Both the position numbers and the translations under genes were made by a program. Below the pieces are notes generated by a model. It had not been told where the DNA came from. It was given only the letters and a program-made list of their open reading frames with translations, and made no database searches. A stretch of DNA of 64,000 nt, taken from Giardia intestinalis (taxonomy: Eukaryota). Positions 46,672-57,200 of the stretch are shown piece by piece. Where the stretch lies: assembly GCA_000002435.2 (NCBI GenBank), contig CM018792.1; one strand, given 5' to 3'. Each line of letters starts with the position of its first letter. The stretch's first letter is position 1.

Positions 46672-48489
46672 CTAGATGATCTGACTTTCCTTGGCCTTTC
46701 GTTTCTTTTCGGCCCTCTGTTGCTTACGCTTTTCACGCCGCTGTTGCTGCAGCTTTAGTTCCTCATCAGCAGGCATGGGGTTCTTTCTGAACCGTGAAAA
46801 AAGAACTGAAGCGCTTGTGGCCCCGGCGATGAGAGCAAACCCAACAAAGCATCCAGTGGCGACGTTAATCCCTGTACGATCGGCCTTATAATAGTTGCTT
46901 GCTACAAGCTCTGAGTCAGCCAGGAACCCGATGGCGATGAGTCGGTTTGCCTTGATCAGATTCCGCACGGTGGCCAGGTCGGCGAGACACGAGGACCCCT
47001 GGGTCTTCCGCACCCAGTTATCGCATGTCATGATCTGCGGCTCGCTGAGGTTGAGGTGTGTTAATTTGCGTGAAAACGTTGCTATTTCCGTCAAGCTCCG
47101 CTGTTCAACGTTTGAGTACTCGTTTCGATACAGGATAACCTTCATTGGGATCTTCTGCCCGGCTGGAATGGAGCTGATTTGAGCCTCTACCTCCTCACAG
47201 TTTCCTTGTGTAGTCAGCTCAAACTCTAGCCTGATATTGTCGGTTCCTATGTAGAAGCTAATTGCGCTCCAGCACATGATAACATACTTGGTCACAGGGA
47301 CTGTCATTGCGTTGAGGAGCTCGTTAAACTGGTTGTACATCCGTATACTGAGAGTCGACGTGAGGGTATCTGTTAGTGGGATGAGTTGATTGATAGTATC
47401 AATGCAAGATTGGTTGCTGCAGATGAACCACGTTAGGTAGGACGGAAGAAAATCAAAGTCGTCTAGCTCATGACCACGTGAAAATAAATCATCTCCTTCT
47501 GCTGATTTGATATTGAGAAGAGTGTACCCTACGCTGTACCCAGAGGGGTGCTTGCAGAGGGGGTTATTGGTATCTACCGTAAGCGTGACGGAAAGACGGT
47601 CATTGTAAATAGAAAGAATTGCATCTAAGAAGCAGTCCCTGTATTGAGCTGCCGTCATGTAAGAAGAAGTTAGAGATAGAGAAATAGGAATAACAACGCT
47701 GCTAGTATCCTCTATGGACTCCATGGACAAGGTGAATGTGTTCTGCATTTCGGTAGTAGTCAAGAGGGAGACGACAAAGGCTTGACACTTGGCTCGATCT
47801 GCTTCAGTTGTGATAGAGCTGCAGTTATAGCAGTAGCTATGCACTTTCGTGTGGCTGTAGGGGATCGTGAAGCCAGTATCATCGATAGGAGGATTGACCT
47901 TGGGCGGTACCTGCAGGCTCGTTGCTGTACCATTAACCACGATCTTCAACGTAGCTGTTGCGGCACGGGTAGCCGCCTTTGGAAACAAACAGAAGTTTGG
48001 GACCACATAGAGGCAGACAGAGTAGTCCTTTTCCATCTCGTTGTAGGAGTGTGTGAACTGATAGCTGTTCCAGCAATTTAAATAGTCCAGGTTGACCGTT
48101 CTAATGACTGTTATGGGCTCTGAGATGATTAGAGCGGTGTCCAGCTGACTTGATCGCAGCTCAAGGGTCGCTGACCGTGTCTGGTCGGACAAAACAGAGG
48201 TACAGTTGCTGTTCTTAATTGTGAAGGCAGAACAATTAAAAGTTATACTCTGGTAGGAGAACGGGTTGTACTCTCTGGTAAGGCGGAAACTGCCGCCAGG
48301 AGTGATTACCCCTAAAGTTACCTCTCCAACCAATGATTTGCAGCTTTCATCTCCTCCGGCACTGGGAGGCCATGTTTCAATTTGTATTTCACGATTCTGG
48401 AGCAGGAACGTCAGCGTTGCATTAGGCTTGATGCAGGAGAGCCCGTGATACCCCCTCAGCAATAGCGATAATAAGACTAAACAGATCAT
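46672..48489 (-). CDS. Type I membrane glycoprotein (signal peptide, ~540-aa ectodomain, single TM, highly basic K/R/Q-rich cytoplasmic tail). Hypothetical.
   Basis: MICLVLLSLLLRGYHG signal peptide. C-terminal GCFVGFALIAGATSASVLF TM followed by RFRKNPMPADEELKLQQQRREKRKQQRAEKKRKAKESQII. Several N-x-S/T sites. Its ATG overlaps the stop of the upstream gene (ATGA). Confidence 0.55.
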   Translation of the reverse strand: MICLVLLSLLLRGYHGLSCIKPNATLTFLLQNREIQIETWPPSAGGDESCKSLVGEVTLGVITPGGSFRLTREYNPFSYQSITFNCSAFTIKNSNCTSVLSDQTRSATLELRSSQLDTALIISEPITVIRTVNLDYLNCWNSYQFTHSYNEMEKDYSVCLYVVPNFCLFPKAATRAATATLKIVVNGTATSLQVPPKVNPPIDDTGFTIPYSHTKVHSYCYNCSSITTEADRAKCQAFVVSLLTTTEMQNTFTLSMESIEDTSSVVIPISLSLTSSYMTAAQYRDCFLDAILSIYNDRLSVTLTVDTNNPLCKHPSGYSVGYTLLNIKSAEGDDLFSRGHELDDFDFLPSYLTWFICSNQSCIDTINQLIPLTDTLTSTLSIRMYNQFNELLNAMTVPVTKYVIMCWSAISFYIGTDNIRLEFELTTQGNCEEVEAQISSIPAGQKIPMKVILYRNEYSNVEQRSLTEIATFSRKLTHLNLSEPQIMTCDNWVRKTQGSSCLADLATVRNLIKANRLIAIGFLADSELVASNYYKADRTGINVATGCFVGFALIAGATSASVLFSRFRKNPMPADEELKLQQQRREKRKQQRAEKKRKAKESQII

Positions 48490-49112
48490 TTATTCTCGCT
48501 GTCATTTTTTTGAGAGAACAGATTGCTTCGATGCACTTTGTAGAAGGCGCTCTGTGTGAGATTCTTACCTCTATTGACGCCACTTTGTCGATGGTCCTGC
48601 TCTGCAGATATCTCCCTATTGTTATCAACGAGCCCACGCTGGTACGCATCGATGAGGATGTTGTTCTGTACCGGATCATTTCGGAGTACATTATCCATTC
48701 GTGGTCCCTGCCGAAGAACGTAGTATTCGTCCGTATCTGGATTTTCTCTCCCTAGCTCTATCCTATGCTGATAGAGAAACGTATTAAGCTCGGCTAGCTT
48801 TTCACTACTTTTCCTTTCCGCCTCTCGGCACAGGGCGTCAAAGTCAGAGGTTTTCATCAGCTTGGCTATGGAGACGAACGCCTTGAGCTTCTCAGTATAT
48901 TGCGGAGAAAACTCTCTAGTGTGGCTCCTTCGCTCCTTAGAGCCGTCCACATAAATGTCTTCGAGTGAGAGAACGTCTGAGACAATGGAGAGAAACTCCA
49001 GATAGAGCTCCTCCTTGTTGCCAAAATTATGCAGTGACACTATGTCTGGCATTGGGTCTTTGAATCCAGCGTGCCTACATATTCGGTGCAGAATGCATTC
49101 GCTGGGTGGCAT
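48486..49112 (-). CDS. Hypothetical protein (208 aa)
   Basis: ORF in a compact head-to-head arrangement with the gene at 49134. No motif recognised. Confidence 0.4.
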   Translation of the reverse strand: MPPSECILHRICRHAGFKDPMPDIVSLHNFGNKEELYLEFLSIVSDVLSLEDIYVDGSKERRSHTREFSPQYTEKLKAFVSIAKLMKTSDFDALCREAERKSSEKLAELNTFLYQHRIELGRENPDTDEYYVLRQGPRMDNVLRNDPVQNNILIDAYQRGLVDNNREISAEQDHRQSGVNRGKNLTQSAFYKVHRSNLFSQKNDSENK

Positions 49113-49133
49113 GTGTTTCCTTGATCTAAAAAA

Positions 49134-50378
49134 ATGGCCACCTCAGCCGTGACTACAACGGCTTGTCCTGGCGAAGACTTGCTCACCGAGCTGACTAGTG
49201 GGGTTCTGCTGGACGTAGATGTGGGCCACAAGTGGTCTGAGCTATCTACATCTATAGCGCCCGAACTTGTAGAGAAGGCTTTGCCTGTTCTGCTGGCCAC
49301 GACTCCTTCTCCGGCCCTGCCAGTAGTTCGGATAGCTTCTTTGGCACAGGAGATAATTGCACATTATCTAGCAGAGACAGTAGATTATTCTACAACCGTC
49401 CACCTCCAGGAGCAGCTAGAAAAGTGGGGCAGGCAGCATAATCTTGAGTTTGTTTCTACCAGGGCCGTACAGGACCAGGTAGACGGCCTTCTACGCATGG
49501 AAAACATGCACACTTGGGTAAAAGCGGCCTCGATGATTGATAGTTTGATAACAGAGGCTCGGGGCCGAGACCCTTCGGCCGCTCTAATTAGGACACACCT
49601 CCTGGCTGCAGAGACGTTCACACGAATAAAGCATTATAGCAAGGCCCGATCTTACATGATGTCTGCACGCGCCATGAACATCAAACTCTCCCCAGAGATG
49701 CACGCTCGCATGGACGCAGTCTCTGGATGCGTTTGCATATGTAGCGATGACTACGCGGGTGCTGCAGGTTACTATCAAGAGGCATCCAACTTAGGGTATC
49801 CCTGTGTTTCGCAGCTCCTTCTGGTCAAGACACTCCAGAGACGTTTCTTCGAGGTAGACGCAGTTCTGCAGAATAGACGGAAGTACGCGACCCCAGAGAA
49901 GATCGCCCGTTTCCCTCAGTGGATGGTAGACGCAGACAATGCAATCTTACCCAAGATTCGGAAGCTGGGGATACTCCTTGATGGGAAGCTTAACAAGCTC
50001 CTCCTCGAGCAGCTTAACACGCTAGTGGACGAGGTGCTTGCGGTGAAAAATGCAGCGTTTGAGGTCTACACTGTTATTCAAATTATCAGAAGGTCTGAAA
50101 CACTGAATTTTATTCTGAAGATGCTGCGGCCGTACAAGCGTGTCGAATTGTCACACGTTTCAGGGTTCATTAATATGAGTGAAGAGGAAGCAAAGGAATA
50201 CCTATCCCAGCTCATCATCAACGGCGATCTGCCCTTTGTAATCGAAGAGGGCGCGGGCACTCTAATACGGATTGAAAGAGAACGGACCTCAAACACGGAA
50301 TTTATTGAAGAAGCCACCAAGGCTGTCGACCTCGCAAGTGCGTTACTCACTTCGTGCATCTCCAAGTCTAACATCTAG
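49134..50378 (+). CDS. PCI-domain protein (proteasome-lid / CSN / eIF3 subunit class). The specific paralogue cannot be resolved by eye.
   Basis: The C-terminal ~110 aa (NTLVDEVLAVKNAAFEVYTVIQIIRRSETLNFILKMLRPYKRVELSHVSGFINMSEEEAKEYLSQLIINGDLPFVIEEGAGTLIRIE) shows the PCI winged-helix pattern. The helical-repeat N-terminal part and 414 aa are consistent with Rpn6/Rpn7/CSN-type subunits. Confidence 0.5.
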   Translation: MATSAVTTTACPGEDLLTELTSGVLLDVDVGHKWSELSTSIAPELVEKALPVLLATTPSPALPVVRIASLAQEIIAHYLAETVDYSTTVHLQEQLEKWGRQHNLEFVSTRAVQDQVDGLLRMENMHTWVKAASMIDSLITEARGRDPSAALIRTHLLAAETFTRIKHYSKARSYMMSARAMNIKLSPEMHARMDAVSGCVCICSDDYAGAAGYYQEASNLGYPCVSQLLLVKTLQRRFFEVDAVLQNRRKYATPEKIARFPQWMVDADNAILPKIRKLGILLDGKLNKLLLEQLNTLVDEVLAVKNAAFEVYTVIQIIRRSETLNFILKMLRPYKRVELSHVSGFINMSEEEAKEYLSQLIINGDLPFVIEEGAGTLIRIERERTSNTEFIEEATKAVDLASALLTSCISKSNI

Positions 50379-50413
50379 TTGTCCTACGCAGAGGGATGCC
50401 GAGGGTAGTAAAT

Positions 50414-51055
50414 TCATATGATGGTACCGTTGAGCTTACTTGAGCCTGGCTCCCCTTCATTGTCAATAAAGTCTATATTTGTGCCTTGGAGGCTCATTTT
50501 CTTGACGAATGCATCTATCTTCCCCTGGCCTATGACAACTATATTATCGTCTGCATCAAAAAGGAACACCGTGTAAATTGTGCTTATCTTCTCATTTTCA
50601 CATGCAAGTGTCCATACTAGAAAGTAGTCGCCTGCTTCGGTTTGGTACAGCCAGAAGTTCTGAAATCGTAGATCCTCCAGGTCATAGGGACTCTCCACAT
50701 ACTCTGTGAGATCAAAGACTCGTCGATCGCTATAGGCAAAGAGCCGCTCACGGCTTCCTACAATGGCACAATCCCGAGGAAACCGTGCATAGTCTGAGCT
50801 GCGGTAAACAGCGACCCAGGGCTGGTCATATGGATCCAGCTCGGCGAGCATCTGTCGGAGGTCTGCCGTTAAGTCATCAGAAATTACATCCGCAATCTGT
50901 TTAAAGTCATCCCAGGACTCAGACGAGGCTGGGGAGTGGCGACCAGACCCTGTCTTTTCGGCGCCTTCTGTGGCAGTCCTACGCTGCATGATGAGGTGGC
51001 ATGCCAAGTCATCCAGCTGGAAGACGTCATAGTTAGGTGTGAAGTCAAATGGCAT
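50414..51055 (-). CDS. Hypothetical protein (213 aa)
   Basis: ORF with typical codon usage. Followed upstream by an unusually long (573 bp) non-coding gap. No family recognised. Confidence 0.4.
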   Translation of the reverse strand: MPFDFTPNYDVFQLDDLACHLIMQRRTATEGAEKTGSGRHSPASSESWDDFKQIADVISDDLTADLRQMLAELDPYDQPWVAVYRSSDYARFPRDCAIVGSRERLFAYSDRRVFDLTEYVESPYDLEDLRFQNFWLYQTEAGDYFLVWTLACENEKISTIYTVFLFDADDNIVVIGQGKIDAFVKKMSLQGTNIDFIDNEGEPGSSKLNGTII

Positions 51056-51628
51056 AGGTAAATTTTAAACTGTCTTAACACCTTTAATTGTATGAAGCAT
51101 CAACAAAGCTATTTGCTGGAAATAGATTACTAGATGCTGTTGTAGCTGCGTTTGGTGCTATTTCAAGATAGATGATTGCTGCCATGAAACATGTGGTGGA
51201 GCTGGCCGACTAAATGGACAGAGTTAGGGTAAGATTAGATAAGCAAGCCTTCTGTAGAACATCCTATTAGTTCTGTAGCTCACAACAGTAACGTTTGTGC
51301 AGAGGTTATCACATGCCTTTAGTGTTAAGGAGCACACTGTTTTCTGAAGTTACTCTTAACTCGCTACCTCGTGATCTCATTATTCATGTCGTTACTGTTA
51401 CTTTAAACTAGCTTTGAACATAGCCAGCAGCTCTACACACGTTCATAACACGTTACAGAATCTGAATGTATTAATTTACAATCCGATCACTTGATGTATG
51501 CGTAGTGCCTTAATCATCTAGGTGTGAAGATACCGGGTTTAGTGCGAAGCAACAATGATTCTGGTCAATATTTTTTATCAATATACACCAATCTGAATTG
51601 TGACGTTAGTAGATAGAATCTCCAAATA

Positions 51629-52834
51629 CTAGGATTTACTAACTAAAGCAATCTGCAATGATGAACTGACCAAGGATGCTAGCTCAGAGTCTTTGAGTAC
51701 GCGCACGTAACGGACGCTGTAACGGCCCCTAGCTCCTCCCACGAAAGCACTGGGATCTGTTATCAGCCCCTGTATATGAGATGCAAGGGTGCTGGCCACC
51801 ACATCATCAGGCGAGTTAACGTATACGCACGAGCATGTGCCAGTCTTATAAATCACAACTATAGATAAGACCGTATGTGCAGGCCCGATCTTCGTTACGT
51901 CTGATTGAGTCAAGACGCCTAGATCGTGGGTATTAAAAACGGAGAACTCCGTACCCATGCAAAGGCACGTCCCTACTGGTGTTATTAGCGGTATAATTGC
52001 CTTAACAAGGGACTTCTCTTGCGTTTTCAGGACTTTGCCTTCCGCTAAGAGCGCTTCTACACTTTTAGCCACAGCATCGTGTCCAGTTGTGAGACTCGCG
52101 CATATGATCGATAATGTCTTCAGCCGATTATTTATAAGTGAAACGGCTCGGTCACCAACAGCAAACTGCACTTTAACTCCTCCTCTGCTAGACTCGCATC
52201 CAAAAACCTTGACTAGACCACACTCACCCGTATTGCCAGCATGTGTTCCACAACAAAGACATGTATCGACGCCCTCTATATCCACAACCCGCAGTGGAAA
52301 GTTGAGAGATTTGAGCTTGGGCCTCGATAGTTCCGAATACTTTCCAAGTTCCTCTTCCGAATGTATCAAGATGCTCTTCACTGGTATGCACTGTCTAATG
52401 ATATCATTTGCTCGACTTTCTATTTCAAGAAGCTTGTCCATGTCGAGCTTGACACTTAACTCCAGTGTAGAAAGGTCTGGACCCATCGTGTATGAAGACG
52501 TGGTTGCCTGGAAGCATTGCTCTGCAACACCGCTAAGGATATGCTGCCCAGTATGGGATATACTATTTTGTCTACGATACACTTCATTGACGCTGCAATC
52601 CAGTTCTATATCACTCGGAGGAGCCGTGGCCATAAGGTGAAGAGGTCGATGTTCTTCGTCACAACTAGTTGTGATGACAGGAAGGCCTCCAATGGACCCC
52701 ACGTCTCCAAGTTGGCCCCCAGACTGGGGGAAGAAATACGAATGTGACAGGCGCACATAGACATTGTCATTCTTTGCAGGAAGGACGGCTACTAGTTTGG
52801 CAGTGAAGCTCAGGGTAGGACTCAGGTAATCCAT
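51629..52834 (-). CDS. AlaX: AlaX-L / AARSD1-like alanyl-tRNA editing protein (free-standing AlaRS editing + SAD domains)
   Basis: HTGQHILSGVAEQ (HxxxH) and LCCGTHAGNTGECG (CxxxH), the zinc-binding editing motifs shared with the AlaRS and ThrRS editing domains. ~400 aa matches AlaX-L. The ORF-track start at 52843 is GTG; the ATG at 52834 (MDYLSPT…) is preferred. Confidence 0.75.
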   Translation of the reverse strand: MDYLSPTLSFTAKLVAVLPAKNDNVYVRLSHSYFFPQSGGQLGDVGSIGGLPVITTSCDEEHRPLHLMATAPPSDIELDCSVNEVYRRQNSISHTGQHILSGVAEQCFQATTSSYTMGPDLSTLELSVKLDMDKLLEIESRANDIIRQCIPVKSILIHSEEELGKYSELSRPKLKSLNFPLRVVDIEGVDTCLCCGTHAGNTGECGLVKVFGCESSRGGVKVQFAVGDRAVSLINNRLKTLSIICASLTTGHDAVAKSVEALLAEGKVLKTQEKSLVKAIIPLITPVGTCLCMGTEFSVFNTHDLGVLTQSDVTKIGPAHTVLSIVVIYKTGTCSCVYVNSPDDVVASTLASHIQGLITDPSAFVGGARGRYSVRYVRVLKDSELASLVSSSLQIALVSKS

Positions 52835-52839
52835 ATAAT

Positions 52840-54198
52840 TCACTTCTTTTTGGAGTATCTCAAAGCACGGCGTTTCGGATCATCCCACTCTTGAATCCAG
52901 CTATCACGTGTATCAATGAACTCTTGGAGCGTAGCAATTCCGTCCGTTATTGTGGGGGCGACGATGGGATAATATAGTGCCTCAAAGTTTATCTCAACCC
53001 GTTCTGCCTTCGCCTGCTCAATCGCCTGCTCATCCATGGATGTATCTCGCTGAAGATCGCCTTCGTTCTTACCCATTCTGATCAAATTAACAGTCCCTTT
53101 GCCTTCTGCTAGAACCCTGTCGTGCTCAGCGCGGATAAGGGCTGACTTAGAGGAACAGCCCAGTTCTATTATGACCAGTTTCCGCCGGCATCCCCCACGA
53201 GGTTTGGGGGGCTTCTTATTGGCAGGTAGGTACGTGTAGTGATGTCGCAGAATGATGTCCATGGCCTCACCATCTAGCTCAGGCCAAATATCCTTACATA
53301 CTGTTGTATACCATGTCTTTATAGGCGTCGGAAGCTGGCTACCTTTTGGGTTTGCCGGTTTAAGTTGTGGTCGAGCAAGACAGCCACACTGGAGACAACG
53401 AGGGTGTGCGCTGGTGGGCTTTTGTATCCTCTCTATAGATGTGTTGGTAGTTCCAGAGCCTCCATATTTCCGTTTGAAGCTCGTGATAGTGTGTAGGCTC
53501 TGAGGTGCAGGGTCCGATAGATCGCGCCCCTGCCTGATGATTTGGTCTTCGACAAGTAGATTGTCATTGACAGGAAATCGGAACTCTTTGTAAAAGCTCC
53601 AAGGGGTCTTTTGGCACGGGCGAGCGCAAACCCAATTAGTCAGACTTCCATCTAACTCAGTAAAGTTGCTTTTGAAGGTGGGTTCATAGGCTTCTATGGC
53701 CTTCAGCCCATGCCCATCGACACACGTTGTTATTATCTGGTACTTAGCCGGAGGCTTCTTTGCCGACTTAGTATCTCCAACGGGTATGGGTTGTTTGCCC
53801 AAAACGCTATATGCCCAGCCGAGAACTGTAGGGTAGAAGCTTCCAGGATCTATATCCATTATGGAGTTATACTGCGTGCCCCAAAATCCGTAGAACAGAT
53901 TAGGATTGGTAAGCATAAGATTTGCCCCTGGTTTGCCAGAAGCAATGGCTGCTTCGGATACAGTTTCCTCCATGAAGGGACGCGTAGTCACAAAAGCATC
54001 GATGGTCAGATTTTGAGCTCTACAAGCAGGATGAGTCAAGAGAGAAGAAATCGACGGTATTCCTGTTTCTGCTGAAAGCTGGGCGTCCAGATAGATTGCA
54101 ATATAATCAGCATCGTATAGTGCAGAGGCGGCAAATTTGTTAAAGTACTCATTCCTAAGGGCGGGGTCTTCTGGAATGTCTGTCTTCTTCCGGGCCAT
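52840..54198 (-). CDS. Divergent Sir2-like (DHS-like NAD-binding fold) protein. Canonical GAGIS and TQNID motifs are degenerate, so function is uncertain.
   Basis: IAIYLDAQLSAETGIPSISS loosely matches the sirtuin LVGAGISTSAGIPDFRS. C-terminal KLVIIELGCSSKSALIRAEHDRVLAEGKGTVNLIRMGKNEGD resembles the sirtuin LLVVGTSLQV…LINKE end. Cys pairs CARPC and CLQCGC could form the Zn ribbon. Weak. Confidence 0.35.
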   Translation of the reverse strand: MARKKTDIPEDPALRNEYFNKFAASALYDADYIAIYLDAQLSAETGIPSISSLLTHPACRAQNLTIDAFVTTRPFMEETVSEAAIASGKPGANLMLTNPNLFYGFWGTQYNSIMDIDPGSFYPTVLGWAYSVLGKQPIPVGDTKSAKKPPAKYQIITTCVDGHGLKAIEAYEPTFKSNFTELDGSLTNWVCARPCQKTPWSFYKEFRFPVNDNLLVEDQIIRQGRDLSDPAPQSLHTITSFKRKYGGSGTTNTSIERIQKPTSAHPRCLQCGCLARPQLKPANPKGSQLPTPIKTWYTTVCKDIWPELDGEAMDIILRHHYTYLPANKKPPKPRGGCRRKLVIIELGCSSKSALIRAEHDRVLAEGKGTVNLIRMGKNEGDLQRDTSMDEQAIEQAKAERVEINFEALYYPIVAPTITDGIATLQEFIDTRDSWIQEWDDPKRRALRYSKKK

Positions 54199-54236
54199 TT
54201 TAATTTCAATCGCCGATTGGTTTTAAATATAGTTCA

Positions 54237-57200
54237 ATGAGCTTCTTAGAGAAGACCTACAAGCAGGGAATCTCTCGCTCACGAGAATACACCTCGGGGC
54301 TATCGCATGCAACTCCACCAGATTCATCTAATACGTCAGATTCTGAGCTCCGGGACTACTCCGAATCATCCGGGTTTACAAAGTATTGGAGCCTTGAAGA
54401 CGTCAATGGAGCGCTAAAAGAGCATCCAGCCCTGTTCATCAAAGGAAAACTAATAATCCCCAAGAAGTATGGACACGGCACTGTCTATAGCACCTACCAC
54501 AATGCAAACATCCACCTCTCGTCCAAAGTGGCCCTGAATCGCTCCATTCACGACGATGAAGTCCTAGTATTTATCCTAGAGAACCAGATGAGCACATCTA
54601 AAACTATATGTGACTGGAAGCTAGATAACACCCCCACTGACCAAGAACTGGTAATGGTGACCCAACGGTATGAGGGTGTTGTTGTCTATAATTACACTGC
54701 TGTCAAAAATAGGTATCTTTGTTTGCAGTGTAAGCTGCTCCCCAATAGCGGGAATAAAACGACTAAGTTGCTCCATCCTTTGGATCAGCGATACCCAGCA
54801 ATAAGTGTGTCCTTAAAGGATAGCTATCAATCCCATGATATGGTATTCACCGTAGAAGCAACACAATGGCGTTTTTCTGACTCTCATCCACAGGGGCACA
54901 TCCTACCCAACAACCGCAACGGATCAATAAACATACTTAGTCCATGCTTATGTACCACTCCCTTAGATAAGTTGTGCAACCATGTCCTGAGTTCCCAGCA
55001 ACTCCCTTACACCTTTCCCGATCATCATAGCTCGGATCCCTACAAGCCCGTTTACGATTCTGCACTCGCCCAACTAAGCCAACTCTGCAACTTGCCGCAA
55101 GAAGGAGTCACATCCACGCAGTCTCTCTCCAGCGATTACTTTGCTTCGCTCATTGGGAAGTTTAGGACAGAACACTTCAGGAAGGATCTTGAGAGTCTTG
55201 GCCGTCGATCATTTTGTGAAGAGGTAGTCATCACCATAGATCCCGATACTGCCAGAGACTTCGATGACGCTATCCACATTTCGCCGCTTGTTTCCACAGG
55301 AGTTGGACCCGCTATTCGCGTCCCGATTTCAGAGTACTGGAGCAACTATGTCAGTCCTGGCACAAAGAACTATACAGTTGTAGGCTATGAGGTTGGAATC
55401 CACATCGCGGACGCAACATATTATCTGGACCAATCTCCGTGGCTCGACGAAATGGCTCAGAAAACAATGTCTTCTATTTACTTGTCAGATCGAGTGTGCC
55501 CAATGTTGCCACCCCTTTTTTCAAACATCATTTGCTCCTTGAACCCTGCCGTGCCACGCATGGCATTCAGTATCGTTGTCCAGCTTGACGTTGACGGAAG
55601 GCTACTTCCTCAAGAAGTGTGGTTTGGTAAGAGTATTATCTTTTCCTATGCTCGTCTGGATTATTCTGCAGCCCAAAGAATCATCAACAAGGACTTTACA
55701 CCAGATGAGATTTCTAAGACAACAACGTCCATTTTTGGGCTTTGGCCGTGTATTGAAGGGTTCGCTCCGGTCGTCGCTCTAAGTGTTGACCTCAGTAACA
55801 AACTCTCCCTGGCTCTGCGAAAGCTCCGTAAGTCCTATGGGGCACTGCTCATCTCGATGCCTGAGGAGCGCTACGCTATAGATCCAGATACTCTCATTGT
55901 CAGCAGGAAACAGACAGTAGAAGAAGATGAGGCTCACCACCTCATTGAGGAGTTTATGCTGTTGGGGAATTGCCTGGTGGCTCAAAAGTTGATACTCTGT
56001 TTTCCGACCTTGCCGATCCTTCGGATACACCCTACCTGTAAGAAGAGCAAAATATTGACCCAGATTTTGAGGCATAGAAAGCTTCCTCAAATAGATACAA
56101 AGAGCCTGATGCAGACTAATAAATGGCTGGATACCTTGGGGAAGAAAATACAAGAGGATGGTGAGGAGCATGGGGTACAGTTGGCGAACTACTTCTTCTT
56201 GGCGAACTGCCTGCAAAAGGCCATCTACCAGGTAGGATCCACCCATCCCTTTAAATTGCTGACCCACTGGGGGATACACGCTCATCTGTACATGCATTTC
56301 ACATCTCCGATAAGGCGTTATCCGGACGACATAGCCCATCGTCTGCTTCATCTTGGCTTAGCGCTGGAACGTCAAGTATATGCGGATGATCCTCAATACC
56401 ACTGCTCGCAAGCTGCAACCTTCAGACCATATAAATTTGTGATTACTGAGCCCTTGGATATTTATAAGGACCTCCTGTTTCAGCCACCAAAGTCCCTTTT
56501 AAGATTAGCAAAAACGGCATATCACCCTAACACAAATGCAATGAACGTCCAGTCTGGTCCTGACACAATCAGCATGGAAGCTCTCGAAGAGCAGCTTCTT
56601 TCAGAAGGGTTACGAGTCGGTACATCCTTGAAGAGTTTTAGTTTCAAAGCCGTTCTCAAGGATATTGAGCGTCGGTACAATAGCGATAAGAGCTCGATTA
56701 TTCGTTCTGTAGAGGATGTTGAGTCTGACGTTGAGCAACAAGTAGAGCAATCTGCAAAAAAGTCTCCAGTCCAAGCAATTTTTGATCAGATTGAAGCTGA
56801 CATCGCAACCATAGGTTACTCCTTTTCGTCCATAAACACCATGGTTGAAAAGATCAATGCAATCGAGCTGAAGATAGGTATGATAGAGACCATGAACCAT
56901 CGCGCAATGCTTTGTCTTCTAATACAGCAGACACCCGAGTTCAAAAGCAAGGGGGGAATCGATGTCAAAGCATATGTTGTTTCTTCCCAGCTCAACCGTC
57001 TGATTACTCTCTATGTTCCTGCGTACGGGTGCCCCTTCTCAATGACTTATCCGCATGAGCTATTAGATAATCTATCTATTCGTCTCAGAGGGTTTGATAA
57101 AGCTGTTTCAGTTGAAATGCAAAAGGGCCCTCCTCAAGCTGCTGAAAAGGGACTAGTTGATAGAGTTCCTTGTCAAGACTATGACCTTGGGGCTAATGAG

